Part shown: in pieces, positions 1 through 10,138 of the stretch
Layout of the letters: the number at the start of each line of letters is the position of its first letter
Position numbering within the stretch: the first letter of the stretch is position 1
NCBI GenBank assembly: GCA_015711725.1
Contig: JACVIX010000001.1
Coordinates: 1 to 63,470, forward strand
Direction of reading: 5' to 3'
Length of the DNA: 63,470 nucleotides
From: Candidatus Geothermincola primus
Lineage (GTDB): Bacteria; Actinomycetota; Geothermincolia; Geothermincolales; Geothermincolaceae
Position numbers and translations under genes: made by a program
The notes under the pieces: model-generated
The model's database searches: none
What the model was told of the DNA's origin: nothing
What the model saw: only the letters and a program-made list of their open reading frames with translations

Positions 1-394
1 CAAGTACCAGGTTTAACATTGGCTCCCCAGCTCGCTATTCCCACCATGCTAAAGGAATTGCCGAAAAAACCTATTGCTTGCTCTATTAAAAGCAACTCTT
101 AAAAATGAAAATTCCCATTATAAACTTGATTTAAACTTATATAAGAAATATAAGAAATAGCGGGGTTGGGGATTCGCTCAGCTTGCTTTTACGACCTAAG
201 GATGCTCATAAGAAGTTCGATTTCTCTTCATGCTATTTTCTTTTTTAAACGGTATGAAAAGGGTTATTGGGCCGGATCTTCCATTTGAATCCGGGGTGAC
301 AAAAATTCCCATCATGAATAAACAGCGGTGATATGCCAAGAGCAGAGCGCTTATTCCTTCCATCCTATCTCGCGCTTTGGCCGATGGCGCTCAG

Positions 395-862
395 TTAAGC
401 TCTTGCTAGCTTCTTTCCCAACCTCTCCAGTTTTGCCACATCTTTCTCTTTAGCGTCCGGTCCCTTCCAGAGACTTAGGGGGGCTCCCGCCTTGACCGCT
501 ATACCAGGCAGAACTTTCGCGCCCTTTTTCTTGAGGAGCCTGCGTAGTTTTCTTACCGTGCGTTTGCCCCTAAATCCGGCATAGGCGGAAAAACATGTAG
601 CCTTCTTACCCTTCAGTTCCTTCTTGTCCAATCCTTTCAAGAATTTTTTTACTTTACGCGAGGGCTTACCGTTGCGAGTGGGAGAACCCACGGCGAAATA
701 TCGGCAATCTTTCAATTCCTCCCTGTTTACTTCCCCAATAGACTTGATAGAGGCTCTTATCCCTTTTGACTGGAGCCCTCTCGCCAAGTCCTCAGCGGCT
801 TGCTTGGTGTGGCCAGTTTTGGTGTGATAGACGATTAAGGCCAACTTCTTCTTCCCCAACAT
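395..862 (-). CDS. flavodoxin-like FMN-binding protein
   Basis: 155-aa ORF. The N-terminal 'LIVYHTKTGHTKQAAE' fits the flavodoxin phosphate-binding loop (T-x-T-G-x-T). Size is typical of short-chain flavodoxins. Confidence 0.6.
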   Translation of the reverse strand: MLGKKKLALIVYHTKTGHTKQAAEDLARGLQSKGIRASIKSIGEVNREELKDCRYFAVGSPTRNGKPSRKVKKFLKGLDKKELKGKKATCFSAYAGFRGKRTVRKLRRLLKKKGAKVLPGIAVKAGAPLSLWKGPDAKEKDVAKLERLGKKLARA

Positions 863-943
863 CTTTCCCCCTTCCGTTTATGGATTGATCAATCTCTTGA
901 AGATTCCTCAACAAGCATTGCTTTTTAAGGTCCATTCATAGGA

Positions 944-2008
944 TTACGAAGCTATAGGATCAAGTTCAATTTTTATATATCCGCTACCCGAAGATTCGAA
1001 CCCGAAGATATATTCCTGCTCTTTGAATGCCTCGAAGAGGCCCCATATCCTTCCCGCCACGATATGATCTAAGTAGGGATTGTCCACATGTATAAAGAAG
1101 GCGCCCCCCTCTTTTTTTAATTGAGAGGGTCTACCCCAGCTGCGCAATGGAAACTTGTTCAATTCCGCATCCAGGCTGGTATTTTCCTTTACCTTGGTGT
1201 ACAGGTTCTTGGCGAAGGCGCGTTCCGAGGACAGGATGATTCTTTCTATATCCTCCCCAAGCTCATCCACCAGCAACTTGACCACAGCGAAAAGTCCATT
1301 GGTGTTATGAAAGAAAGTACGATTTCCAGTTAGCTTTTCGATGATTATAGCATTCTCCATATCCCAGGAAAGGAGGCGAGACAACTCCAGGGGGGCGCCG
1401 CACTCCCCACATAATTGATACCACAGATCGCCTTCCTCCTTGCTAGGTATTCCTTTTTCCACCTCCGCCTCTATCCTCTGTTCCAATTCTGGTTCCCCCT
1501 CACCCCGTTTAAGCGTCAAGGTCAACTTGCTCTCATCCCCTTTCCACTCGGGAACGACCCTGCAGCCTTCGATGGATTCGAAGACGCCCGATGCGTCGCC
1601 CGCGAACATGGGAACATAATAAGCGTTCTTCGCTGAGATGGTGATGGTCTCTCCTTCTTGATAGTTGAGAATTTCTATCGCCCCCAGCCCCCATACCTTA
1701 CAAAGATTGAAAACTATCTCGTAGATATTTATGGCGGGCGGTAAAGATCCTCCAGTTTCCTTGAAATGCTCAAGCATGGATGATATGAAACGTAATGCGT
1801 CTTTGCGTTTTCCCTCGATAATCAAGCGGGATATATCTAATCCGGTTTGTCTGGCAATGGAGTCGAAGAGATATTTTAACTCGTCCAGGTCGTAGATAGT
1901 CCCGCGCAGGTGGGGTGGGTATTTCCCCACGATAACGCCGTTAGGTTGCCAGACATTGGTTCTTCCAATATTGGTTGGCATGCCGCATTTGGAACAGATG
2001 CCCTTCAA
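944..2008 (-). CDS. hypothetical protein with two homologous halves, each opening with a CxxCG knuckle (possibly V4R-like)
   Basis: 354-aa ORF. 'CSKCGMPTN..W..NGVIVGK' near residue 5 and 'CGECGAPLE..W..ENAIIIEK' near residue 200 indicate an internal duplication. No family assigned confidently. Confidence 0.5.
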   Translation of the reverse strand: MKGICSKCGMPTNIGRTNVWQPNGVIVGKYPPHLRGTIYDLDELKYLFDSIARQTGLDISRLIIEGKRKDALRFISSMLEHFKETGGSLPPAINIYEIVFNLCKVWGLGAIEILNYQEGETITISAKNAYYVPMFAGDASGVFESIEGCRVVPEWKGDESKLTLTLKRGEGEPELEQRIEAEVEKGIPSKEEGDLWYQLCGECGAPLELSRLLSWDMENAIIIEKLTGNRTFFHNTNGLFAVVKLLVDELGEDIERIILSSERAFAKNLYTKVKENTSLDAELNKFPLRSWGRPSQLKKEGGAFFIHVDNPYLDHIVAGRIWGLFEAFKEQEYIFGFESSGSGYIKIELDPIAS

Positions 2009-2465
2009 TTCCCTCTCCTCCAGTTTAGTACGCCGCTCCCTTTCAACTTAAAAATATCTTGGGGCAAGAAGCCACTAAAACATTAAGTCTATTTTGAAAG
2101 TAGAATATATCTCCCTCCTGATATGCGTAATTGCTTTGTAATTATTTATTTCACCCATTTAAACCATTTAAACGTATTTAAAATCTCAACGTGATTACAT
2201 AATGTATCCTTTTCGATTTAGTCCGTTCGGAAGCGCTAATGGTTAGACGTGTATGGCAGAGATTGTCTTAAGCTGGAGGCGTTATTCTCGATTGTTGAAA
2301 AAAACCGATCCTAAGTTGGAAAACCTGGAGTGAAGCGACCGCCAATAATTGTCGATACAAACATAGGATGGCAAATAAATCGTGAAAAGAGGAATAGGCA
2401 AAATTCACAACGTATATTTATTAGAAAGATTACGAAAACATCCGGTAATCCAGGGAGGAAGGCCT

Positions 2466-4538
2466 ATGCTCCAAGTAAAAAATGGAAATTTTTTCAAATA
2501 TTCAATTGCGATAATAGCGTTGGTAGCGCTATCATTCTTTCTTTCTCCGCCTGTTGCCATCTTTCCGTCGCCAGCAAGTCCCACGGGCTCATTGGCTCCC
2601 GAAGGGCTGCAGACGATCAAGCGTCCTCAAGACGCCGGCAAGAGGATCGCTTTGACCTGGAAGGCGGATCCCCAGACCTTCGGATATCGGGTATATAGAT
2701 CTGAAAATGAGGAAGGACCCTATGAGGCTATTGGAGGTAAGGCTGGAAACTCCATGCAAGACCTGCCCATTTTTTTAGATGAGAACGTAGAGGGCGGGAA
2801 GACATATTATTATCGGGTAGCGGTGGTTGATGAGGAATGGAATGAAGGACCCTTATGCGATCCTATCTCCGCTGAGCTGGACACGTCGGTGGTGGTTGCG
2901 GCAGGACCGAAAAGCATGACCATCTCCCTGCCCGAGCAGCGCATATACTTCTACGAAGGGGGACAGCTGATAAATATTTTGCGCTGTTCCACCGGGCTCT
3001 ACAACGCCACTCCCACTGGCTATTTCCGCATCCTTAACCATCTGGGAACCCACGGAGGGGTGGGGGGAGCGGTATGCGATTATTGGATGAGTTTTACCCC
3101 GAAACATGGGATACATGCCTGGCCAAAGACTTCCAAAGGTTATGAGCAGGGGCTGGGGGCTCCCGCGTCTCATGGTTGTGTTCGTCTGCATCCTCTGGAG
3201 GCTTACTGGCCTTATTATTGGGCTCCCGATGGCACCCCTTTGACCATTATAGGATACCGGATTTCTAATTATGTGATCTCGGGATGTCACGATTCCATTG
3301 GTTCTTCGACGTTATCCCAGGACTGGTATTTCGCTGAGGGATTCACGGTGGGCGCTTTCGAGACCTATATTCTTATGAATAATCCCGGCGATTCAAGCGT
3401 TCATGCTGACGTCAATTTTTTCTTAGAAGGAGGCGGGATAGTAACTCAGGGAGTCTGGATAGGTCCCCATTCCCGTTACACCCTGACGGTTGATGCTATT
3501 CCTCAGTTGGCGTGGAACGCCTTCTCCACCCATATTCATGCAGACGCCCCCATAGTGGCGGAAAGAGCTATGTATTTCGTCTACGGCGATAAGTCGGATG
3601 GAAGCTCCACTATCGGCTCTCCTACTCTTTCTCAGGACTGGTTCTTCGCGGAGGGATACACAGGAGGGGAGTTCGATACCTTTCTCACCCTGGCTAATCC
3701 TGGGGATACCGGCACAGATGTAACGGTGACCTTCATGTTAGAAAGTGGCCAGATCGTAACTTACAATTGCTGGATCGCTCCTTTTTCCCGTTATACCATC
3801 GGAGTGGATGGCATACCCGGAATGGCAAACGCGGCGTTTGCCACCCAGTTGCATGCTGAGGACGCCCCCATCGTGGCGGAAAGATCTGTATATTTTCGCA
3901 AACTCTATATAAAAGGGGGGCATACTTCGTTAGGCTCAACCACGCTCTCCGACTGGTGGTTTTTCGCCGAAGGATGTACAAGGCCTTTCTTCCAGAGCTA
4001 CCTAGTTTTAGGCAATCCGGACAACAATTCGGCAGCCGTTGACGTGGTATTTTATCTGCAGGAAACGTGTTTGATGTACAGTTACACCATAAATCCTCAC
4101 TCCCGGCTTACCCTGGACGTTAACTGGTTGCCCTATCTTTATGGTAGGGATATAGCTTTCGCCATCCATGCCAACCGCCCTATCGTTGCCGAGCGTGCCG
4201 TCTATTATGACCTGGATAGTCATCGGGGCGGATCGGCATCCATCGGCTCGACTATCTCTTCAAATACCTGGTATTTCGCCGAAGGATACACGGGAGATGC
4301 TTTTGATGCCTATCTCTGCATCGCCAATACCGATGTGGTCGTTGCCAATGTCCAGGTGAGGTTTCAGAGAAGCGACGGCGCTGTTTTCGACTATTTTTAC
4401 CAGATCATTCCTCAAAGAAGATTCACCATAGGGATTGATGGCCTCCCAGGTTTGGGTTCCGCCAGCTTCTCCATGACAGTGATATCAGACGTGCCCATAG
4501 TGGCAGAAAGGGAGATGTATTTCGTGATGACTCGATGA
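2466..4538 (+). CDS. secreted L,D-transpeptidase (signal/TM + FN3-like + YkuD) followed by four ~105-aa 'WYFAEG...VAER' repeats
   Basis: YkuD catalytic motif 'HGIHAW...SHGCVRLHP'. Hydrophobic N-terminus 'FFKYSIAIIALVALSFFL'. I prefer the ATG at 2466, preceded by GGGAGGAAGG, over the track's GTG at 2382. Four tandem repeats run from about 3295 to the end. Confidence 0.85.
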   Translation: MLQVKNGNFFKYSIAIIALVALSFFLSPPVAIFPSPASPTGSLAPEGLQTIKRPQDAGKRIALTWKADPQTFGYRVYRSENEEGPYEAIGGKAGNSMQDLPIFLDENVEGGKTYYYRVAVVDEEWNEGPLCDPISAELDTSVVVAAGPKSMTISLPEQRIYFYEGGQLINILRCSTGLYNATPTGYFRILNHLGTHGGVGGAVCDYWMSFTPKHGIHAWPKTSKGYEQGLGAPASHGCVRLHPLEAYWPYYWAPDGTPLTIIGYRISNYVISGCHDSIGSSTLSQDWYFAEGFTVGAFETYILMNNPGDSSVHADVNFFLEGGGIVTQGVWIGPHSRYTLTVDAIPQLAWNAFSTHIHADAPIVAERAMYFVYGDKSDGSSTIGSPTLSQDWFFAEGYTGGEFDTFLTLANPGDTGTDVTVTFMLESGQIVTYNCWIAPFSRYTIGVDGIPGMANAAFATQLHAEDAPIVAERSVYFRKLYIKGGHTSLGSTTLSDWWFFAEGCTRPFFQSYLVLGNPDNNSAAVDVVFYLQETCLMYSYTINPHSRLTLDVNWLPYLYGRDIAFAIHANRPIVAERAVYYDLDSHRGGSASIGSTISSNTWYFAEGYTGDAFDAYLCIANTDVVVANVQVRFQRSDGAVFDYFYQIIPQRRFTIGIDGLPGLGSASFSMTVISDVPIVAEREMYFVMTR

Positions 4539-4557
4539 ATATGGTGGTGGGACTAAA

Positions 4558-5625
4558 TCAGGTTCCACCAACCCTGGCCGAATTTTCCTTCACGTGATAT
4601 CGGTTCAAGGCTTCTTCGTACAACGCCAGATATTCCCGGGCCATCCTTTCAGGACTGAATCTCTCCAGGGCCACTCTCCTGCACACTTCCGGATCTATCT
4701 CGTCGATTCTCTCCAGATACTGGGGTATCTCTTCCAGGGTGTCCGCAAGAAAACCGGTTACGCCGTGCTCTATCACTTCCGGCGCCGCGCCGAAGCGTGT
4801 GGTTATCACCGGGGTTCCGCAAGCGAGAGATTCCGCCATCACTAGGCCGAAAGGCTCTTCCCACTGAATGGGGAAGAGGAACGCTCTGGCGCGGGAAAAA
4901 AGTTCCAGTTTCCTCTTTTGGCTTACCTCCCCCAGATACACGATGTCTTTGCCATCGAGATATGGTGTGAGCACTTCATGAAAGTATCGTTCGTCTCTTC
5001 CCGGGTCGATTTTTCCCGCGATTAATAATCGGTACCCCTTTTCTTTGGCGATACGAGCGGCGTGATGCGTCCCTTTGTCGGCGCATATCCGGCTGACGTA
5101 TACTAGGTAATCTTCCTTCTCATCGCTGGGTAGGTATTCCTGAATATCGATAGCATTGTGTACAACTCCCAGATAATTTAAATGGGGACAGCGGGTCATC
5201 TGATAATGGCTAATAGTAACGTAAAAGGCGTCTTGAGAGAATGCGTTGTAGAAAAGCTTTGCCTCGGGGGTGAGGGGGCCGTGAAGGGTGTGAACCAGTG
5301 GGATATCCAGGAGTGATGCGAAGGCGACTCCGATATATCCTGAATGGTCATGTACCAAGTCAAAATTGCCATCCTCCTTTATATAACGGAAGGATTTACC
5401 CACGTGGTACGCGTCATATAAAGTCTCACCTATCTTCTTTTCCGGTGCCTCCTGAAAAAAGATCACCTGTTCCGCTCGGGTGTTGGATGGTCCGCTAGCG
5501 AAGAGAGTTACCTGGTTTCCCAGGTTGACGAGCTCATCCACCAGGAGTTTGAGCATCCTTTCTATTCCACCATAACCCTGAGGAGGAACAGGTATCCACA
5601 CCGGTGCGATCATTGCTATTCTCAT
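4558..5625 (-). CDS. glycosyltransferase, GT4 (GT-B) family
   Basis: N-terminal 'MRIAMIAPVWIPVPPQGYGGIERM' and C-terminal 'EPFGLVMAESLACGTPVI' (E-x7-E) are typical of GT4 retaining glycosyltransferases. Confidence 0.85.
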   Translation of the reverse strand: MRIAMIAPVWIPVPPQGYGGIERMLKLLVDELVNLGNQVTLFASGPSNTRAEQVIFFQEAPEKKIGETLYDAYHVGKSFRYIKEDGNFDLVHDHSGYIGVAFASLLDIPLVHTLHGPLTPEAKLFYNAFSQDAFYVTISHYQMTRCPHLNYLGVVHNAIDIQEYLPSDEKEDYLVYVSRICADKGTHHAARIAKEKGYRLLIAGKIDPGRDERYFHEVLTPYLDGKDIVYLGEVSQKRKLELFSRARAFLFPIQWEEPFGLVMAESLACGTPVITTRFGAAPEVIEHGVTGFLADTLEEIPQYLERIDEIDPEVCRRVALERFSPERMAREYLALYEEALNRYHVKENSARVGGT

Positions 5626-6073
5626 CGTAAGCAGTCAACCTCCTCACATGAAAATATGGAAATGGTTATTTCTATCATCTAAACACCGAATGCAGAAAAT
5701 AGTTACATTTTGTAAATTGTATGAGTGAATTTTAATGTATATAGTTAATTACGTAATCTGGTGTTCCGGAGAAATTATTTAATAAGATTCAATAAACATT
5801 ATATATCTATAAGAGGTAGTGTTCAAATATTTTGTTCCATCGGAATCTTTAATCGTTTATCGAGGGCTTAAGTTAACTTTGAAAAACAAGAACAGGGATA
5901 TATCGTCTAAGCCTAGGGAAATTTACCATAAATTCGTGGGGAAATACGTCTTATCCTTGCCATGACATGTAGGTAGAATTGGAATAAAGACAAAAGGGTC
6001 TTAATCCGAGGATGTCTATACCGATGATTCATGAAGAAGTGAAAAAGTATGGCGTTTGAATGGAGTAAGCTAT

Positions 6074-9000
6074 ATGGGAAACTGTGTTGCTGATTTTCCC
6101 CTGATTAGAAGACATGCATACAAAGTAATAATATTTGATTGGGATGGGACCGCGGTGAAAGACAGGGCTTCTGACGCGTCAGAGATAATCTCCGTCCTAG
6201 AAGAGCTGCTTAAACTAGAGACTTACATCGTGGTTATAACTGGAACCAATCTAAATAACATTGACCGTCAGTTCTCCTCTAAGATCAACGGCCCCCATAA
6301 AAGGAACCTATTTATCTGTGCCAATAGGGGCTCGGAGGTCTTTGGCTTCGACCAGTATTCCAAGCCGGTGATCCATTTTAGAAGGGAAGCAGAAGAGGAA
6401 GAGAATGAGCTGTTGGACAAGGTGGCGGAGGCAGTGAAGAAGGATATCGAGGACAGGTCAAATGTCTCCATCGATATTGTCTACCAGCGCCTGAATCGCA
6501 GGAAGATCGACCTGATACCGGAATGGGAAGATCCCCCTAAATCAAGAATAGGCGAGCTGATTCAGGCTACGGAGGAGCGTTTGAAGCGAGGTGGACTGGA
6601 AGGGGGCATCAGGGAAGCATTTACGCTGGCAGAGCGTTACGCCAGGGAGTTTGGTTTGAAAGACGCGCGAATCACCAGCGATGTAAAACACGTGGAGGTG
6701 GGGCTTACTGATAAATCCGATTCCATGAGATGGATTTTGCATGAACTAGTCGCTAGATCCAACACGCCCTACTCCGATGTGCTGGTGATAGGCGACGAGT
6801 TTGGACCCGTGGCGGGGTTCGAAGGGAGCGATTTCCGCATGGTGGTTTCGGAGGCTCCCGGAATTACCTATCTTTCAGTGGGAAAAGAACCCAATGGGGT
6901 TCCCCCGCAGGTTCTCCATCTAGGAGGCGGTCCATCCTGCTTTATCCAGTTGATGAGGGAACAGGTGGCATTGCTGAGGAAAATGAATCCATCTGAGGAT
7001 GACACGCTCACCTTAGTAGAGGTGGGCTATAACCCAGTCCGTGAAAGAGAAATCGAATCCTATTTCACGGTGGGGAATGGTTATTTAGGAACCCGGGGCT
7101 CTTTACCGGAGCAGGAAAAAGCCTCTACACCGGCCACTTTGGTGGCGGGGGTTTACGATCGCGTAAGCCCCAATGCCATCGAGGAATTAGTTGTTTTCCC
7201 AGATTGGCTTTACACCCGTATTTATGTGGACGGCGAAATGTTGGAATTGAAACGGAGAAATATCGTGGAACATCGCAGGGTCCTGGACATGAGCAAGGGG
7301 GTAGTCTATCGTGAGTGGCTCCATGAGGATATAACCGACCGCTTAACTTTGGTGAAGTTTCAGCATTTTGCCTCTCTCGCCGACCAGCATGCCCTTGTTA
7401 TGAGAATAACGGTTGTGCCAAAGAATTACAAAGGAGAAATAAGGGTTGAAACCGGCTTAAAGATGGATCATGGGAAAAGCCCCAGCTTGCAAGGGGTTGA
7501 AATGATAGTGGACGAGGATGAAGGTTGGGTTATGATAAAAGGGAAGACTATATTCACAGGGTTCGAGGCGGCGCAAGCTCAAAAAAGCAAGGTAGCTGAA
7601 GGATATATAAAACCTGTTTACCAAGCCAGGAAAGGCGAGAACCTGGTTGAGGAAGAGTGGAGATGGATCGGCGGTATGGGGCAAGCGGTAACCATCGAGA
7701 AATACGTGAGCGTCTTCACCTCCAATGATGCCCAAGATGTAGAGAAGGAAGCATTAAAGAAGGTGAAAGAAATATCGCAGCTCGGTTACGAGGAGTTATT
7801 CCTTCGCCATATGGATGCTTGGGCGGAAAGATGGAGTAGATCATTCGTTCAAATAACAGGGGACAAGGACGCCCAGAAATGGATAAACTTCGCCATCTAT
7901 CACCTGATCAGCGCGGGCAATCCGCGGAACGAAAGGGTGTCAATAGGGGCAAGGGCGCTCACTGGAATGGTCTATAAGGGACATATCTTCTGGGATTCGG
8001 AGATTTACATTCTGCCCTTCTTCATCTACACACATCCCTCAACCGCCCATGATATGCTCATGTATCGTTATCATACTCTGCCCGCCGCCCGGCAGCGGGC
8101 CAAGGAGTATGGTTACCAGGGAGCACTTTACGCTTGGGAATCGGCTACCACGGGAGAGGATATGACGCCTCCGGCGGCACTAGCCCCCACCGGGGAGGTT
8201 ATCCCCATCAATTCCGGAAAACTTGAGCATCATATCAACGCTGCCATCGCTCATGGGGTTTGGTCCTACTGGAATTCCACTGGCGATACCGACTTTTTTA
8301 TTAAGGCGGCGGTGGAGATATTGGTGGAGACCGCACGTTTCTGGAAGAGCAGGGTGATCCGCGATGGGGAATTTTATCACATCTATGACGTGGAGGGCCC
8401 CGATGAGTTCCATGAAGGGGTAAACGATAACTTTTATACCAATGCGATGGCGGCATGGAATCTCCGCAAGGCCGTAGAGGCGGTGAACCGCCTGAAAGAA
8501 TATCACCCGCATGAGTTCCTCATGCTGGCGGATAAGATATCCTTGAATCTGGGCGAGCTCGAGGAATGGAAAGATGTAGCGGACCATATTTACCTGGACA
8601 TGAGTAGAGAAGACGGTATAATCGAGCAGTTCGCGGGATTCTTTGACCTGCAGGAGATAGACGTTAGCTGGTACGAACCACGCACTGCACCAGTGGACGT
8701 GATCCTGGGAAGGGAGAATGTTGCCCAAATTCAGTTGGTTAAGCAAGCGGATGTGGTCCTGGCCCTCTATTTACTTGAGGATTCGTTCTCCCGGGATGTC
8801 ATCGAAAAGAATTTCATATATTACGACATACGCACCAGCCACTCAAGCTCCCTCTCTCCCAGTATTTACGGATTGGTAGCCGCCCGTCTGGGTCTCATGA
8901 GCGCGGCTATGCGCTATTTCCGCCGGGCTGGGCAGATCGATTTAGCGGATAATATGGGCAATGCCGCCGGGGGAGTACATGCCGCAGCCCTGGGAGGTCT

Positions 9001-9292
9001 ATGGCAACAGATAGTCATGGGGTTCGCCGGTTTGAGAACGGACGATCAGGGTATATGGTTTTATCCTTGTCTTCCCTCGAAATGGAAAAGGCTCAGGTTT
9101 TTTCTCATGTGGAGGGGTTTAGTTTTGAAAGTAGATATTCAAAGGAGGAAGAAGATCCACCTTGATCTGGAAGGGAAGGGCTCGATAAACGCTGGAATTT
9201 TTGGCAAGCCGTCACAAGTGATGGAGGGGGGAAAGGTATATATTTCTACCTGGAAGGGTAACACATGGAATGAATTTACTGTCAGGGAGTGA
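6074..9292 (+). CDS. fusion protein: N-terminal HAD-type phosphatase domain + GH65 glycoside hydrolase/disaccharide phosphorylase
   Basis: HAD motifs 'FDWDGT', 'ITGT' and 'GDEFGP...GSD' lie in the first ~300 aa. The GH65 core includes 'GHIFWDSEIYILPFF', the catalytic-acid region. ATG at 6074 with an upstream GGAG is preferred over TTG at 6056. Confidence 0.85.
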   Translation: MGNCVADFPLIRRHAYKVIIFDWDGTAVKDRASDASEIISVLEELLKLETYIVVITGTNLNNIDRQFSSKINGPHKRNLFICANRGSEVFGFDQYSKPVIHFRREAEEEENELLDKVAEAVKKDIEDRSNVSIDIVYQRLNRRKIDLIPEWEDPPKSRIGELIQATEERLKRGGLEGGIREAFTLAERYAREFGLKDARITSDVKHVEVGLTDKSDSMRWILHELVARSNTPYSDVLVIGDEFGPVAGFEGSDFRMVVSEAPGITYLSVGKEPNGVPPQVLHLGGGPSCFIQLMREQVALLRKMNPSEDDTLTLVEVGYNPVREREIESYFTVGNGYLGTRGSLPEQEKASTPATLVAGVYDRVSPNAIEELVVFPDWLYTRIYVDGEMLELKRRNIVEHRRVLDMSKGVVYREWLHEDITDRLTLVKFQHFASLADQHALVMRITVVPKNYKGEIRVETGLKMDHGKSPSLQGVEMIVDEDEGWVMIKGKTIFTGFEAAQAQKSKVAEGYIKPVYQARKGENLVEEEWRWIGGMGQAVTIEKYVSVFTSNDAQDVEKEALKKVKEISQLGYEELFLRHMDAWAERWSRSFVQITGDKDAQKWINFAIYHLISAGNPRNERVSIGARALTGMVYKGHIFWDSEIYILPFFIYTHPSTAHDMLMYRYHTLPAARQRAKEYGYQGALYAWESATTGEDMTPPAALAPTGEVIPINSGKLEHHINAAIAHGVWSYWNSTGDTDFFIKAAVEILVETARFWKSRVIRDGEFYHIYDVEGPDEFHEGVNDNFYTNAMAAWNLRKAVEAVNRLKEYHPHEFLMLADKISLNLGELEEWKDVADHIYLDMSREDGIIEQFAGFFDLQEIDVSWYEPRTAPVDVILGRENVAQIQLVKQADVVLALYLLEDSFSRDVIEKNFIYYDIRTSHSSSLSPSIYGLVAARLGLMSAAMRYFRRAGQIDLADNMGNAAGGVHAAALGGLWQQIVMGFAGLRTDDQGIWFYPCLPSKWKRLRFFLMWRGLVLKVDIQRRKKIHLDLEGKGSINAGIFGKPSQVMEGGKVYISTWKGNTWNEFTVRE

Positions 9293-9298
9293 GATGGT

Positions 9299-10138
9299 AT
9301 GAACGAGGTGAGGATGCCCGCTGTGGTTATTCCACTCGATGGTTCCGAGGCTTCCTCCAAGGCATTAGGTGCCGCTGAGGCGATAAGCAGAATTATGGGA
9401 GCCGCTCTGCATATTGTGCATGTAACCGACAGGAGAATTCCCGAGAGCCAGATAGCCAAGCGCTTGCATATCGAGGAGCTTGACTTAGAAAAATACGCTC
9501 TACATCAATTGCAAGGAGAAGTAGTGGAATCAATACTAGAACTGTCCTCCAGCCTAGACGCGAAGATGATCGTCATGTCTGGACAGGGAGAAACCAATAA
9601 TCCCGAACATCTGGCTGGAAGAACCGCTTTAAGCTTGATGCAGCACACCTCCATCCCCATCATGGTCATTCGCTCGGGGATGAAGCGTCATCCCGATAAG
9701 GGGTGGAAACCAATGAAGATGTTGGTTCCCTTGGACGGGTCTCCCATTGCGGCCTGCGTGATGAACCAAGTTTTTAGTCTTGCGGAGATAATGGGAACCG
9801 ACATTGATATTCTGCACATCGCGATGCTGGGTAAAAAGCCCCCCATGGACATCGGAACTTTAACAGGGCCCAGATACCTTGATTATCCCCAATATGACTG
9901 GCCCGCTTGGGTGGATGAGTTTTTGAACCGGTTCTACGCCTACCTCAAGCCCGAGGCTAAGATGAGGTTATTCTACCGGGAAGGAGACCCGGCGGCGGTG
10001 ACCTTGGAGTTCGCATATGAAAATGAGGAAGATATCATCGCATTGAGCTGGAGGGGCCAGTTGAAGGAAAAGATGGCTGGAACCGTGAAAGGTATTTTGC
10101 GCAAGACCGAACTGCCAGTCCTGCTTATAAGAATTTAG
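9299..10138 (+). CDS. tandem universal stress protein (2 x UspA domain)
   Basis: Two USP-like halves are visible: 'VVIPLDGSEASSKAL...HIVHV' and 'MLVPLDGSPIAACV...DILHI'. Confidence 0.8.
   Translation: MNEVRMPAVVIPLDGSEASSKALGAAEAISRIMGAALHIVHVTDRRIPESQIAKRLHIEELDLEKYALHQLQGEVVESILELSSSLDAKMIVMSGQGETNNPEHLAGRTALSLMQHTSIPIMVIRSGMKRHPDKGWKPMKMLVPLDGSPIAACVMNQVFSLAEIMGTDIDILHIAMLGKKPPMDIGTLTGPRYLDYPQYDWPAWVDEFLNRFYAYLKPEAKMRLFYREGDPAAVTLEFAYENEEDIIALSWRGQLKEKMAGTVKGILRKTELPVLLIRI

Noticed and set aside
1-102. Open frame running into a TAA at 100-102 at the left edge (+ strand).
   Set aside because: Only 33 codons are visible and they carry no recognisable motif, so a CDS fragment cannot be supported.
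2156-2185. Short tandem-like repeats CATTTAAAC / CATTTAAAC / GTATTTAAAA upstream of the L,D-transpeptidase gene.
   Set aside because: They are only about 9 nt each and lie in AT-rich promoter DNA. That is too short and too degenerate to call a binding-site array.
8180-8746. 188-aa minus-strand ORF inside the GH65 gene.
   Set aside because: It is a shadow ORF opposite a strongly supported GH65 coding frame.
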